DNA from: Amphiscolops sp. MND2022
Lineage: Eukaryota
Direction: 5' to 3'
Assembly: GCA_964187785.1 (NCBI GenBank)
Contig: OZ076409.1
Span: forward strand, 49,292,001 to 49,356,000
DNA: 64,000 bases
Program-made: the position numbers and the translations under genes
In this document: in pieces, positions 1-9,854 of the stretch
Numbering within the stretch: the first letter of the stretch is position 1
Layout of the letters: every line of letters starts with the position of its first letter
The notes under the pieces: model-generated
Told to the model about the DNA's origin: nothing
Databases searched by the model: none
What the model saw: only the letters and a program-made list of their open reading frames with translations

Positions 1-1050
1 CTACCTCGCCTAATTCTAAACGGGGGTCGCCAGGAGGTTTCGGATAGAATAAGTCGATCGGATATTGTGCTTCTCTCCCGTACAACATCGAAAACGGGGT
101 CGTACCGAGGGTCTTATGTACGGTGGTATTGTACACAAAATTGACGTGGGGCAAGTAGAGATCCCACTCCTGCGGTTTTTCGGCGCAATACTTAGAAATA
201 GTATCGGCAATAACTCTATTGAACCTTTCTACTTGACCATTTCCTTGGGGATGATACGGAGAAGTCCTAGTTTTATCGATCATGAAAACTTGGCAAATAT
301 CTTTCATTACTTCACTGTTGAAGTTAGTTCCTTGATCCGTATGTAAAGTATCGGGAGCCCCAAATTTCAAAATCCACTCTTCGACTAAAGTCGTGGCCAC
401 CGTCTTAGCCGTCATGTCTTTCAAAGGAACGGCAACCGCATACTTTGTATACAAATCGGATATAACTAAAATGTATCGCGCCTGTGACTTTTTCGCTAGC
501 GTTACGGGTCCCAAGATATCTGCTGCAACAATACGAAACGGCGCCTTTGCTTCGATTGTTTGCAAATGAGCTTTTCGACCTTTTCCCGCCGTTGATCTAG
601 CCGCGCAACGCGTGCATTTTGCAATATACTTTTCTACACTTGACCTGAGACCAGGCCACCAAAATCTCTGTTTAATCCTTGATAACGTTTTCTCGGCTGC
701 AAAATGACCTCCGCTAAGAGGGGAGTCATGTAACTGATATAACACTTCGGCTCTCATAGTCGAAGGAACTACTGCCTGCCATATTTCACGTTCACGATTG
801 CTAGGTTTCCATTTTCGATAAAGGACTCGATTGGCCAGCGCTAGCTGATCCCAATCACTCCAAAGTTCTAACGCTTCTGGACAACTCCATCCTAATGCTA
901 CTTCTCTGGGGATGGGGTTGGGCCCTAAATCTTCCAATGTACCATCTATCCGAATTCCACGTCTAACCATTTCACGGAATAGTAATCCCGTACTACGATC
1001 CATTCTCTGACCATACGCTAGGTCGCTATCTGATCTAGTCCATGAGATAT
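1..1050 (-). CDS. pol: pol integrase region (HHCC zinc finger + rve core), open to window edge
   Basis: Manual translation gives LHDSPLSGGHF...RFWWPG...CTRCAAR, ADILGP, LHTDQGTNF and TSPYHPQGNGQVERFNR (D-D-E core). Confidence 0.93.
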
Positions 1051-1179
1051 GCCCCCCCCACTTGCTCTGATATTAACATTTCTTCAGGGGTAACGACGGA
1101 ACAGGCGGAATCTGCACTTGATGAACGCGGGGTACCTCGTCTTGCCGAAGTCGAAGGGTACAATTGCTCTTGGTCTCTC

Positions 1180-1600
1180 GGTGTATACACGGAGATCGTA
1201 AAATACGAATCTTGAAACACAACCTCTAGACAAATAGCTACATTCACCCACTCCAATTCGTCATCGACGCAACCTATTCTAGGCATTGCAAGTTTGGAAA
1301 TTCCATGGGAGCTAGCATGTTCTTTCACTCTCAATAGACTTTCTTTTAATACATCGTATTTGGCAACTTCTCCTTTACAATGCTTGGTGATCAATATGTA
1401 CACATAACGTCCTTTTCAACATCTTGGTACACTAGAAAACCTCCAACACGATTTACCGACTCTGCGAGAGGTGGTAAATGGGAATACTTTTTTACGAACG
1501 ATTTCATGGGAGCAGTGGCTACTCTCATGTCGGCAGATACACACAAAACTAAGGAATCGGGGGATTCGAAAAAATCCCCTTCTCGATAACGGACTACCTC
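1180..1600 (-). CDS. TARG1/OARD1-like (Macro_Poa1p-like) macrodomain inside pol, split by a 1-bp frameshift near 1415
   Basis: VRYREGDFFESPDSLVLCVSADMR...(GRYV)YILITK...YDVLKESL...HGISKLAMPRIGCVDDELEWVNV...VFQDSYFTISVY parallels TARG1 motifs GDLF, SLAHCISED, YYLITK, SMPRIGCGLDRLQW and ITVY. Confidence 0.88.
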
Positions 1601-2683
1601 TCTAGGTGGGTGAGAAATTTGCATTTTCAAATGCCGAGCTACATCCTCTGAGTTTTCCAATTTCTCACGAGCTTTGGTTCGGGCGGCTCTAAGATCGCGT
1701 TCGGCTTCAAACAAAGCACTATCAAATTCGGTGAATTCGGGGATCGGTCCCCTTAACGCATCTTCTTCGCCGGGGAGCCATTGGGGTACGTCATTCGGTC
1801 GTCGACTAAGACCGTCCGCATTGCAATGTTTATCACCTGGACGATGTACTATTTGATAGTCATATTCCTGAAGTTTCTGAACCATTCGAAAAGTCATTCC
1901 ATCCGCATTTTGTCTAAACAACCATTGAAGACTTGCATGATCTGTGCGAATAATACATTTGGATCCGTAAATGTACGGTCTGAACCACTGGACGGCTTGA
2001 ACTACACCTAGCGCTTCTCTTTTGGTTGTTGCATAATTTACCTCCGTTTTAGTTAGAACTCGCGACTCAAAGGCAATTGGATACTCTATCCCATCGATCA
2101 CTTGCGACAAAACTGCGCCGAGCGCCGTATCACTAGCATCGGTATCAATAATGAACGGAAGTTCAAAATTTGGAAATGCCAAAATTGGAGCTTCTAACAA
2201 TCTTTTCTTCAGCGTTCGGAACGCCTTGTCATGTTCTTCGGTCCATGTGAATTTTAATCCTTTGCTCGTCAACAGATAAAGTGGCCTAGCCACTTCCGCG
2301 AAGTTTTGGACAAACTTCCGATAATAGTTGCAGAAGGCAACAAATGAGCGAACTCCGGTGACGTCGGTCGGAGGCTCCCATTCGCGTACTGCCGCTAACT
2401 TTTTCGGATCTGGTTGGATCCCTTCCTTGTTAATCACATGGCCTAGATAGTGGACCTCGGTGCGGAATAAGTTGCATTTCTTCGGTTTAAGACGTAAACC
2501 GGCTTTGCGCAAAACTATAAACACCTTTTCTAAATGCTCCAAATGTTCTTCTGGAGTTTTGCTAAACGTTAGCACATCATCTAGGAATATGAGCACATGT
2601 TTATATAGATCTTCTTTAAAAATGTCGTTCATGTTCCTTTGGAAAGTTGGCGGGGCGTTCGTTAAGCCAAACGGCATTTTCAA
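1391..2683 (-). CDS. pol: pol reverse transcriptase (C-terminal part) + RNase H
   Basis: MPFGLTNAPPTFQR, FLDD catalytic motif, YLGHVI, TDASD, ATTKREAL, TDHASL, NADGLSR. Confidence 0.96.
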   Translation of the reverse strand: MKMPFGLTNAPPTFQRNMNDIFKEDLYKHVLIFLDDVLTFSKTPEEHLEHLEKVFIVLRKAGLRLKPKKCNLFRTEVHYLGHVINKEGIQPDPKKLAAVREWEPPTDVTGVRSFVAFCNYYRKFVQNFAEVARPLYLLTSKGLKFTWTEEHDKAFRTLKKRLLEAPILAFPNFELPFIIDTDASDTALGAVLSQVIDGIEYPIAFESRVLTKTEVNYATTKREALGVVQAVQWFRPYIYGSKCIIRTDHASLQWLFRQNADGMTFRMVQKLQEYDYQIVHRPGDKHCNADGLSRRPNDVPQWLPGEEDALRGPIPEFTEFDSALFEAERDLRAARTKAREKLENSEDVARHLKMQISHPPREVVRYREGDFFESPDSLVLCVSADMRVATAPMKSFVKKYSHLPPLAESVNRVGGFLVYQDVEKDVMCTY

Positions 2684-2687
2684 GCAC

Positions 2688-4085
2688 TCATATAATCCTC
2701 CATCCGGAGTACAAAACGCCGTTTTGTGCCGGTCTTCGGCCGCGACTGGAATCTGCCAATAGCCACTTGCTAAATCGAGAGACGAGAAGACTCCCGCTCT
2801 TGCAGTGCATCAATCGTTTGACCGTCCGGGGCAACGGATACGCGTCCTTTACGGTAAGGTCGTTCAACTTTCGATAATCTATACACATTCGGTTTGAGCC
2901 ATCTTTCTTAGGTACCATTACTATGGGACTGCTGAAAGGACTTTTACTCGGTACGATCACTCCTTTCTCAAGCATCTCGCGAATTTCTTCACGAACGGCT
3001 TCTAATTTATGCGGAGCAATTTTGTAGGGCGAAATTTTGAACGGTTTCGCATCGCCTATGTCTATGCGGTGTTCTACTCCTACAGCGGTTCCTAACGGGT
3101 CTGAAGGCAGTGAAAACACATCTCTGTAATCACGAATCAAATCTCGCAATTTTTCCTTTATTTCGGCGTTCTCGAGTCCAGGGGTGGCTAAATTTAAAAT
3201 TTCGTCAACTTCCTGTTCGAGTTTTTCTTTTATTTCGGAGGTCGCTGATACTGTGTCAGGACCGGGTACCGTTTCGCAAACAAATGCGTCATCTTCCGGC
3301 GGGGGAACATGACCGCTTAGGACTTGCATGGGTACTTTGATGATGAAACCATCATCTTTGGGGATCGTTAATTTTTGTTCGACTAAGTCAGTCGAACATC
3401 GATTTTCCATCATGAACTTTAAGCCAATCATGATCTCAGGGTAGAGATCTTCCACAACCACAAATTCATCGGAAGCGACGCACGTTCCGATTTTAACTTG
3501 TGCTTTTACGATACCTTTGGTAGGCATCTCGTTGGCTATTGGGCCTGTTAAACGACTGGGATTGGGGGCTATTGGGTTACCAATAGTCTTAGCCAATTCC
3601 AAACTCATCAAACTTCTACTCGCACCAGTGTCTATCATGGCCCAACACCGTAGGCTTTCTACTTCATAGGGGATTAAAAGCGTGGCCCCTGGAATGTATT
3701 GACTATGGGTAAGTTTTCTCGATTTTACCTCATCAGACCGGGCCTGATTTGGAAATTCCGGGTCTTTCTTGGACAAAATTTTCACAGAGCCAGGCTCAGC
3801 TTGTTCATCCTCAAAAAGATTTTGTATGGGGGGACTATTTACAACAGGGGTATGGGATTCTTTTGGGAAAAAACCTCCCGGGCCAAACTCATCACACATT
3901 TGTTTCCAAGTTTCGGGGTCGATCCGCCTACTGCGATTGCGCTGTCGCAAACGGCTATCGTTACTCCTAGACCTAGAACGAACACGCTGACTTGTTTGCG
4001 GAAAATTTGTAGCAGCTAGGGAAGGGATGGAATCCCAAGCGCGAGTAGAACCTGCTACTGCATACTCGGCTGTCGGTAGTTTAAA
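2688..4085 (-). CDS. pol: pol aspartic protease + RT N-terminus (entered by -1 frameshift from gag; two 1-bp deletions near 2800-2825)
   Basis: IDTGA protease motif, SPFSSPIVMVPKKDG, CIDYRKLN, DAYPLP. After a frame change the sequence reads SSLDLASGYWQIP and KTAFCTP. Confidence 0.93.
   Translation of the reverse strand, partial: FKLPTAEYAVAGSTRAWDSIPSLAATNFPQTSQRVRSRSRSNDSRLRQRNRSRRIDPETWKQMCDEFGPGGFFPKESHTPVVNSPPIQNLFEDEQAEPGSVKILSKKDPEFPNQARSDEVKSRKLTHSQYIPGATLLIPYEVESLRCWAMIDTGASRSLMSLELAKTIGNPIAPNPSRLTGPIANEMPTKGIVKAQVKIGTCVASDEFVVVEDLYPEIMIGLKFMMENRCSTDLVEQKLTIPKDDGFIIKVPMQVLSGHVPPPEDDAFVCETVPGPDTVSATSEIKEKLEQEVDEILNLATPGLENAEIKEKLRDLIRDYRDVFSLPSDPLGTAVGVEHRIDIGDAKPFKISPYKIAPHKLEAVREEIREMLEKGVIVPSKSPFSSPIVMVPKKDGSNRMCIDYRKLNDLTVKDAYPLPRTVKRLMHCKSGSLLVSRFSKWLLADSSRGRRPAQNGVLYSGWRII
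4030..4085 (-). promoter_or_regulatory. -1 programmed ribosomal frameshift signal (U UUA AAC + downstream stem)
   Basis: TTTAAAC at 4085-4079 near the gag end, followed by a CGAGTA...TACTCG stem. The -1 frame is open into the pol ORF. Confidence 0.8.
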
Positions 4086-5449
4086 GAATTAGACTGCGGA
4101 AGACTTGGACATTGCTTAGCGTAGTGACCTATCGCCTTACAATTAAAACATTCCGCTTCTTCGGGGGGAGGGTGCGAAACATTTAGCTGACCCGACGATC
4201 CTGCCCTATTTAGAGGCGCGCGATAGTTAGGATTGAGAGGGGCTTGAAAATGGGGAGCTTGCCAACTCTGAAGCTGCCCACCAACCGGCCTTTGCGAACT
4301 TCCTAACGCTCCTACGATCGCAGATGACATGTCTTTCATACCCTGCATTAGGATTTCGTTTTGTCTGGTCATCATTTCGACTTGTTTCGAGGAACTTTGT
4401 TCTAAGTTTTTCGTTATTTGATCGGTTTGCTTGGATATCTGCTGGCAGATGGAATTTTCGAATCGATCAAAGCGACTTGCCACATTGGTTAAAGATGTTT
4501 GAAGGACGGCAAATTTTTCTTCGATTTGGTTGTTACTCGAATAGCCAGCTCTCACTAGATCGGGATCCTCATATTCGTCATACGAATAGCGCAATTTATC
4601 AAGTTTCCGCTCTCTTTTTGATTCATGAGTCTTGTGGATTATTTCGAGTTCCTGTGCTCTTTGCAAAGTTTCCCCGAAATCACGTTCACGCTCGTCTTCA
4701 TACAAACTAAGTTGTATTCGTGAATCAAAAAGCCCTTCAATAAATTGATCTCTCATATCGCGTTCTCTTTCCCGGAGCGATTTTTCAGGAAAGGCTATAT
4801 CAGCGAGTTGACGTACTCTTCTCGAGTAGTCTCTTAGGTCTTCGTTTTCCCACTGTTTAACTGCTTTAAATTCCGACCGTGTAGCTCGCTGGCTGCGATA
4901 TTGTTGCATTTTGGGTTTCAAAATTTCAAGTAGTTCATCAAAACGTGGGGGGTAAGAACCGGGTTCTTTTTCAATATATCTTTTGGGGACAGTTTCAAAT
5001 TCTTCAATAGCCCAAGATATTAAACAAGTAGGTATTGCAGCAATTTTTTGACTATCATTCCACCCATTGGCTTTGGCAACTGCTTTGAAGTGTTTTACCC
5101 AATTTTCCCAGCGGTTGTAATCTTTGCTGGGGAACTTTTCTGGTTTTATTGGCGATTTTTCGTACAGGGGTTTTTGTCTTTTTCTAGATTCATTTTCAAG
5201 GACCATGGAGTCGTCAGAATCTAGGTCTGCTTCGATTTTGAATCTTTTAATTTCTTTTTCCATTTCTTTCAATCGCCGATAAGCATCTCTTTTACACTCC
5301 TTTTCCGCGTCGGCCAATCCTACGAAGGAAATTTTAGTGGACTTACTGAGGAGTGGCTTACTACCACCTGTGACGGGAGTATGGGTGCCGTTGGGGTCTT
5401 CTCCGGTGACGGGGGAAATCTGCTGATCGTTGTCGTCGTCTCCAGACAT
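4055..5449 (-). CDS. gag: Gag polyprotein with CCHC zinc knuckle
   Basis: WVKHFKAVAKANGW, RDQFIEGL and CFNCKAIGHYAKQC; uninterrupted ORF with ATG about 95 nt after the PBS. Confidence 0.93.
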   Translation of the reverse strand: MSGDDDNDQQISPVTGEDPNGTHTPVTGGSKPLLSKSTKISFVGLADAEKECKRDAYRRLKEMEKEIKRFKIEADLDSDDSMVLENESRKRQKPLYEKSPIKPEKFPSKDYNRWENWVKHFKAVAKANGWNDSQKIAAIPTCLISWAIEEFETVPKRYIEKEPGSYPPRFDELLEILKPKMQQYRSQRATRSEFKAVKQWENEDLRDYSRRVRQLADIAFPEKSLRERERDMRDQFIEGLFDSRIQLSLYEDERERDFGETLQRAQELEIIHKTHESKRERKLDKLRYSYDEYEDPDLVRAGYSSNNQIEEKFAVLQTSLTNVASRFDRFENSICQQISKQTDQITKNLEQSSSKQVEMMTRQNEILMQGMKDMSSAIVGALGSSQRPVGGQLQSWQAPHFQAPLNPNYRAPLNRAGSSGQLNVSHPPPEEAECFNCKAIGHYAKQCPSLPQSNSLNYRQPSMQ

Positions 5450-5542
5450 CGTCAAGAAGGGTTCAGCGACTCACAAGGGGTGAAGGGAAGGTATGGGAAA
5501 GAAGTAAGCAAAGAAAGAGGAAATAACAAAGACGCAAAGAAA

Positions 5543-5560
5543 GCCCACCCAGGAGCGCCA
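5543..5560 (-). promoter_or_regulatory. Primer binding site, likely tRNA-Asn
   Basis: TGGCGCTCCTGGGTGGGC lies 1 nt after the LTR end TACA. Its complement GCCCACCCAGGAGCGCCA resembles the metazoan tRNA-Asn 3' end. Confidence 0.75.
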
Positions 5561-5561
5561 A

Positions 5562-6260
5562 TGTAAGATTTTTAGTTTTCCAGTAGCTTTAACTATTTGT
5601 TGAGAATAGCTCCACTACAACTCAATTAAACCCGTAGGTACCATGCACGAGACAAGGACTGGCTGAGTATCTACATAAATTTTTATTAACTCCGAAGAAG
5701 AGACGAATCAACTTAATCGAAGGCGGTGGGGGTAAGTGTGACAAGGAAATCACGATCTTTACAACTTTGCTATTTTTCCCTCTTTCAGGGGTTTGTCTCG
5801 CTACTCTTGGACTGTTTGAAATTATCTTTTCGCTGATGAAAAGAAGCAGGTTGAACTTTAATTACTATACATCAAATAAATAAGTCGAGTAATAGACACA
5901 AATACAATTTCACATCCACGAATAATAGAATGAATAATATGATAACATCGATAATAGCGGAGAATATTACTGAGTATATTAGCAGGCATATTAGGAGGCA
6001 TATAACACAAGAGAACAGTAAACAAGAATTTCAGCAAGGTTAAGCTTTTGTATCCGTAAGGATGGGGGTGATATCGAAGATATCGGAAGAGTCAACTCGC
6101 CGCAAAATCTCTATCGGTCTTGGAGTGAAAACAACAATCCGTGTATTATCAGCCCACTTAGGCTTAAACCGTGTATTATCAGCCCACTTAGGCTCAACCG
6201 TGTATTATCAGCCCACTTAGGCTCAACCGTGTATTATCAGCCCACTTAGGCTCTTTTACA
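5562..6260 (-). repeat. 5' LTR (about 700 bp) of the macrodomain Gypsy
   Basis: TGTAA...TTACA termini adjacent to the PBS. The outer boundary is inferred because the partner LTR is outside the window. Confidence 0.7.
6139..6253. repeat. 29-bp tandem repeat x4 within LTR (U3 side)
   Basis: CCGTGTATTATCAGCCCACTTAGGCTCAA repeated head-to-tail without spacers. Confidence 0.95.
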
Positions 6261-6943
6261 TGTAACACGATAGACCAGCAGTCCACCCTACTCCCGGGTC
6301 GAAATCCGTACTAGCGAAAAGCGGGGTAGCAACAAATCAGGCAACTTCAGGTTGTTAGGCTGAAGACACGGGCTAACCGGCCATACGAAGTAAATCTGCA
6401 ATTTCGATAGTCCGGCGTCTGATGCGGGATGCTATCGGACGCAAAGCAGCAAACCGTTCTCTAGATTTCAACTCACTTTGTGTGTCGCTAAAAAGGCGCA
6501 CACTTCGGCCTAAGTTACTTTTTCGGCAGTTTAGTCATATCATTATTCATAGTTTATCATCTTTCCTTTTTCGGGTTCTGACTAAGTGTTGAGCAATACA
6601 GTTTTTTCCTACTTCGGTACTGAAAGTTCATTAGGAGTACATTTTCTCAGCACGAGTTTGTCCTAGTTCCACCTCCTTGTCAATCATGACTGATGGTTTT
6701 ACTTCGTTTTCAATAGAATTTAAGGGGTGGTGCTACTGACTCAGTGTTTCCCACTTTTGTAAGCACGACTTGAACTTCGGCTTACTGATCGACATTTGCA
6801 CCTTTTGCCAGGTCTCTTTTTCTCACGCGGTTCCTGACAACTCTCTCCAGCTAAATCTGGGTGAAGGAAATAATTTTCTACAATTTACAATGACCTAAAA
6901 GGCTATTTCAATTCATATCAAAAAAGTCGAACTTCGTGTTACA
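6261..6943. mobile_element. LTR-like unit (probable solo LTR of another family) directly abutting the Gypsy LTR
   Basis: Perfect 10-bp inverted termini TGTAACACGA...TCGTGTTACA; no TSD visible. Confidence 0.6.
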
Positions 6944-8233
6944 ACTTCTAAGGGCAAAAACAAGGTGTTCCGATCACGGGGGGCAAAAACCAAGTACACC
7001 ATTTAAAAGTACAGATCGTGGGCTACAAAAGTTTACTCCATGGTTTTCTTTCTATTTCAACTCCTTCACAATGAAAAACGCCTTTAAAGTTTGGTAGTCA
7101 AAAATCACCCATCGGTTTTCACGCAAATCTCAACTTTGGAGTGCTAGTACTCAGTCAATTTGAAAGATACAGGCTGGGGGCTTATATACATCGTTAGCCC
7201 AAGCCATTAGGAGTATTTTGCACTTTAGATGAGGTCTCTATCTTTTCTCAACAAAATTTGATAGTACTTTTTCTGAAAGTAGTCATTTTCCCGATTTTTA
7301 TGTCTGGACTTTCAACTTTGGAGGCCAATATCTCGAAACCAGGGCATTTTTCGGAAAAACGCTTCTGCTAAACGCTGTGCGCCTGGGTCTTGTGCGTCTA
7401 CCCTGAAAATTTCAGCTCGATATCGCCCAAAACGTGCGGGGGGGTTCGCATTTTGGTAGGTCGACATCCCTATCGGCTGAAAGAAATCACAACTTTAAAT
7501 TCTTGGGGGTTCTTCGCTAGCGCACCGCAGCACTCTATTTATTATTCTATTCACTCCTCCACTTCAATTCTCAAGTACGCTGTGAAGGGGGCGGCTATTG
7601 TGCGCTTACACGTTGAGTACTACGCGATAACATGCTAAAAACGGCTTTTTAGGCCATTTTAGGGCTGTTTTTAACGTTTGCTGGCTCAGTTCTCAAAAAC
7701 TACTGAATATTATTTATTTTCCAATTAACACAAGTTAGGGCATCCATTTATCTTTAATTTAAGCCATATCCGAACAATTTCTGACAACTGTAGCGATCAC
7801 ACGAAATTTTTAAACGAAACTCAATTTTGGAAAATCGTCAAAATTTTATATGCACTTATTTTTAAAGCGTCTCCCCGATATGTTCCCGGGGTTGCACAAC
7901 GCTCATATTCTCAACTTAAGCTCTCCTTTGGATGGGCTTTTGAATGCTGAAAACCGTTTGTTGCTATCTTTTTTCATCTCCGAGAAATCGGGTTTTGATT
8001 TTTAATTTCTATTAAGAGGGGGGATTAATTCAAAGTGTGCGGCGGCCGTTTTCTTATTAGCTACGCGTACAGCCACTCACAGCGCGTTCTAATTTTCATT
8101 CCTTTCGCTTTCTGACACGCTTAGGTGAGTTGCATTCAATGCTTATACCGCGTACTGTGAAGTTTCACTCTCGCATACCCTCAAATACACGTATTAACAT
8201 AGCGATTTTGACTAAATTCTACATACCGTGAAA

Positions 8234-9184
8234 ATGGCTTCATCTTCTAATTCTCGATCTTTAAAGTACAAAACTGATTACTCAACACGTAGTCAGAGTG
8301 TGGTTGACCGTATGAATGACATTTACAACACTTTTAATGCTAATAACACTGTTTCTGACTTTACTATAATTCATGAACTTTGGCCCCGTTTCCCCACTAT
8401 TTCCCCTGTTAATTTTAATTCTATTTCTCCCCCGCAGCCTTGCATTCTTGCCGGCGTTAATGTTCAGCCTAGGGGCATTTTAAAACAGCTTTCTGATAAA
8501 CCTGATTTAGTTTGGGCTGATTTTGAGAACATTCCTGATTATCCTTTAATTAATATTACAAAAGGCCCGGAGTATTCTGTAACTCGCGAATTTATTAATT
8601 TTATGCAAGGGGATATGGACTTTGCTAATTGTCTTACGTCTTTTTCATTTCTTGATCAAATTGTAACTAGCTGTATAGGTTTATTAGTACAGGGCCCTTG
8701 GTTTTCGTCTGCGCATATTGAAGTTGGAGGAGGCGCTTCTTATGCACTTCTGCATACGGGAATCAAAATATGGTGTGCGACCACCACTAATAGTTCTTCT
8801 CGTTTGTTAGAACGTTGCTGCAATAATGCAAATAACTTCATTGATTTCGTTCAAAGGGGGCCACGGGACAAGGAGGCTAATTATTTAAGATTTACTATTC
8901 AGCGGCCGGGGGATTTAATTTACGTTCCTAGTTTGCGGCCTCACGCCGTCCTCACCCTAGACACAGGTAAGCCTACTATTTTATCGGGGTGGGACGCGTC
9001 TACCATTGCTGATTCAACCATCATTACTCGGACACTGGATGAGTACATCATAGGAGTTCGACGTGGCACCTGGAGGAAGATTTTACGGACACAGGGCAGA
9101 GAGGCACTACGAAATTGGGTATTTACTCCCGCAAAGGGCCCTCAAGCATCTAAAGAGAATTTACGCAAACACTGGACTTATTGA
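8234..9184 (+). CDS. Intronless JmjC-domain (2OG/Fe(II) oxygenase) protein
   Basis: FSSAHIEVGGGASYALLHTGIKIW and FTIQRPGDLIYVPSLRPHAVLT give an HxE...K...H set like KDM2/7 and JMJD6 motifs; AATAAA near 9294. Confidence 0.85.
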   Translation: MASSSNSRSLKYKTDYSTRSQSVVDRMNDIYNTFNANNTVSDFTIIHELWPRFPTISPVNFNSISPPQPCILAGVNVQPRGILKQLSDKPDLVWADFENIPDYPLINITKGPEYSVTREFINFMQGDMDFANCLTSFSFLDQIVTSCIGLLVQGPWFSSAHIEVGGGASYALLHTGIKIWCATTTNSSSRLLERCCNNANNFIDFVQRGPRDKEANYLRFTIQRPGDLIYVPSLRPHAVLTLDTGKPTILSGWDASTIADSTIITRTLDEYIIGVRRGTWRKILRTQGREALRNWVFTPAKGPQASKENLRKHWTY

Positions 9185-9854
9185 GAGACTTATTGTCCGC
9201 ACTTACTTTCTAAATTATCTGTTTGATTCTTTTGTTTAATTAGTCGATAACACCCCCGGTTCGTTTTCATAACCTTGCTGAGTAATTAATTTAAATAAAC
9301 TTCTTTACTATACATACGAAAAAGGTCAAAAATCCTACACAGGCAAACTAAAAGTTTGACAAAAGTTACTACTTTTACTGGAACAACACTTTTCTATGTA
9401 TTTGTGAAGATATTACGCTCACTTCATTTTCTGACTTTTCGATGCAAGTTTTGAATGATTTTTGATTGCATGTTGCTAAAATTATTCAAGGCAGAAAAAA
9501 ATTCCGGTGCATAGTAGTATCTTGTATATCAAGATGCCAGTTTTGAATTATTATTACCTCTCATGTGCAGTGTGAGGTTTCTCAATATATACGAGTTTCT
9601 CACCTGCTTGGCGTTTTTCCTCTCGTCTACTTTTGACAAAATTCCACCACTTGGCAGCTGCCCACGCACTTAGCTCCAGTTCCCTTAATTCTAATGTTGT
9701 TCTTGCGTTGTGCAACTAAAAAAAATCACTAAACTGTTTATACTCTGAAACCCAAATCTTCAGTTGCTTTTCATATTTCATGCCTTCCAGTCAGATCGTT
9801 TACAGCAGAACCAATCTTTACTCCCATTTAAATTCTTGTAATGAGAATTGACTG

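Larger units (their letters stand above)
1..6260 (-). mobile_element. Ty3/Gypsy LTR retrotransposon with macrodomain in pol (3' part runs off the left edge)
   Basis: Order on the minus strand is LTR, PBS, gag (CCHC), PR, RT, RNase H, macrodomain, integrase. Integrase after RNase H is the Gypsy order. Confidence 0.95.

Noticed and set aside
6139..6253. 29-bp repeats as a CRISPR array
   Set aside because: No unique spacers and no cas genes; it is a tandem array inside a eukaryotic LTR.
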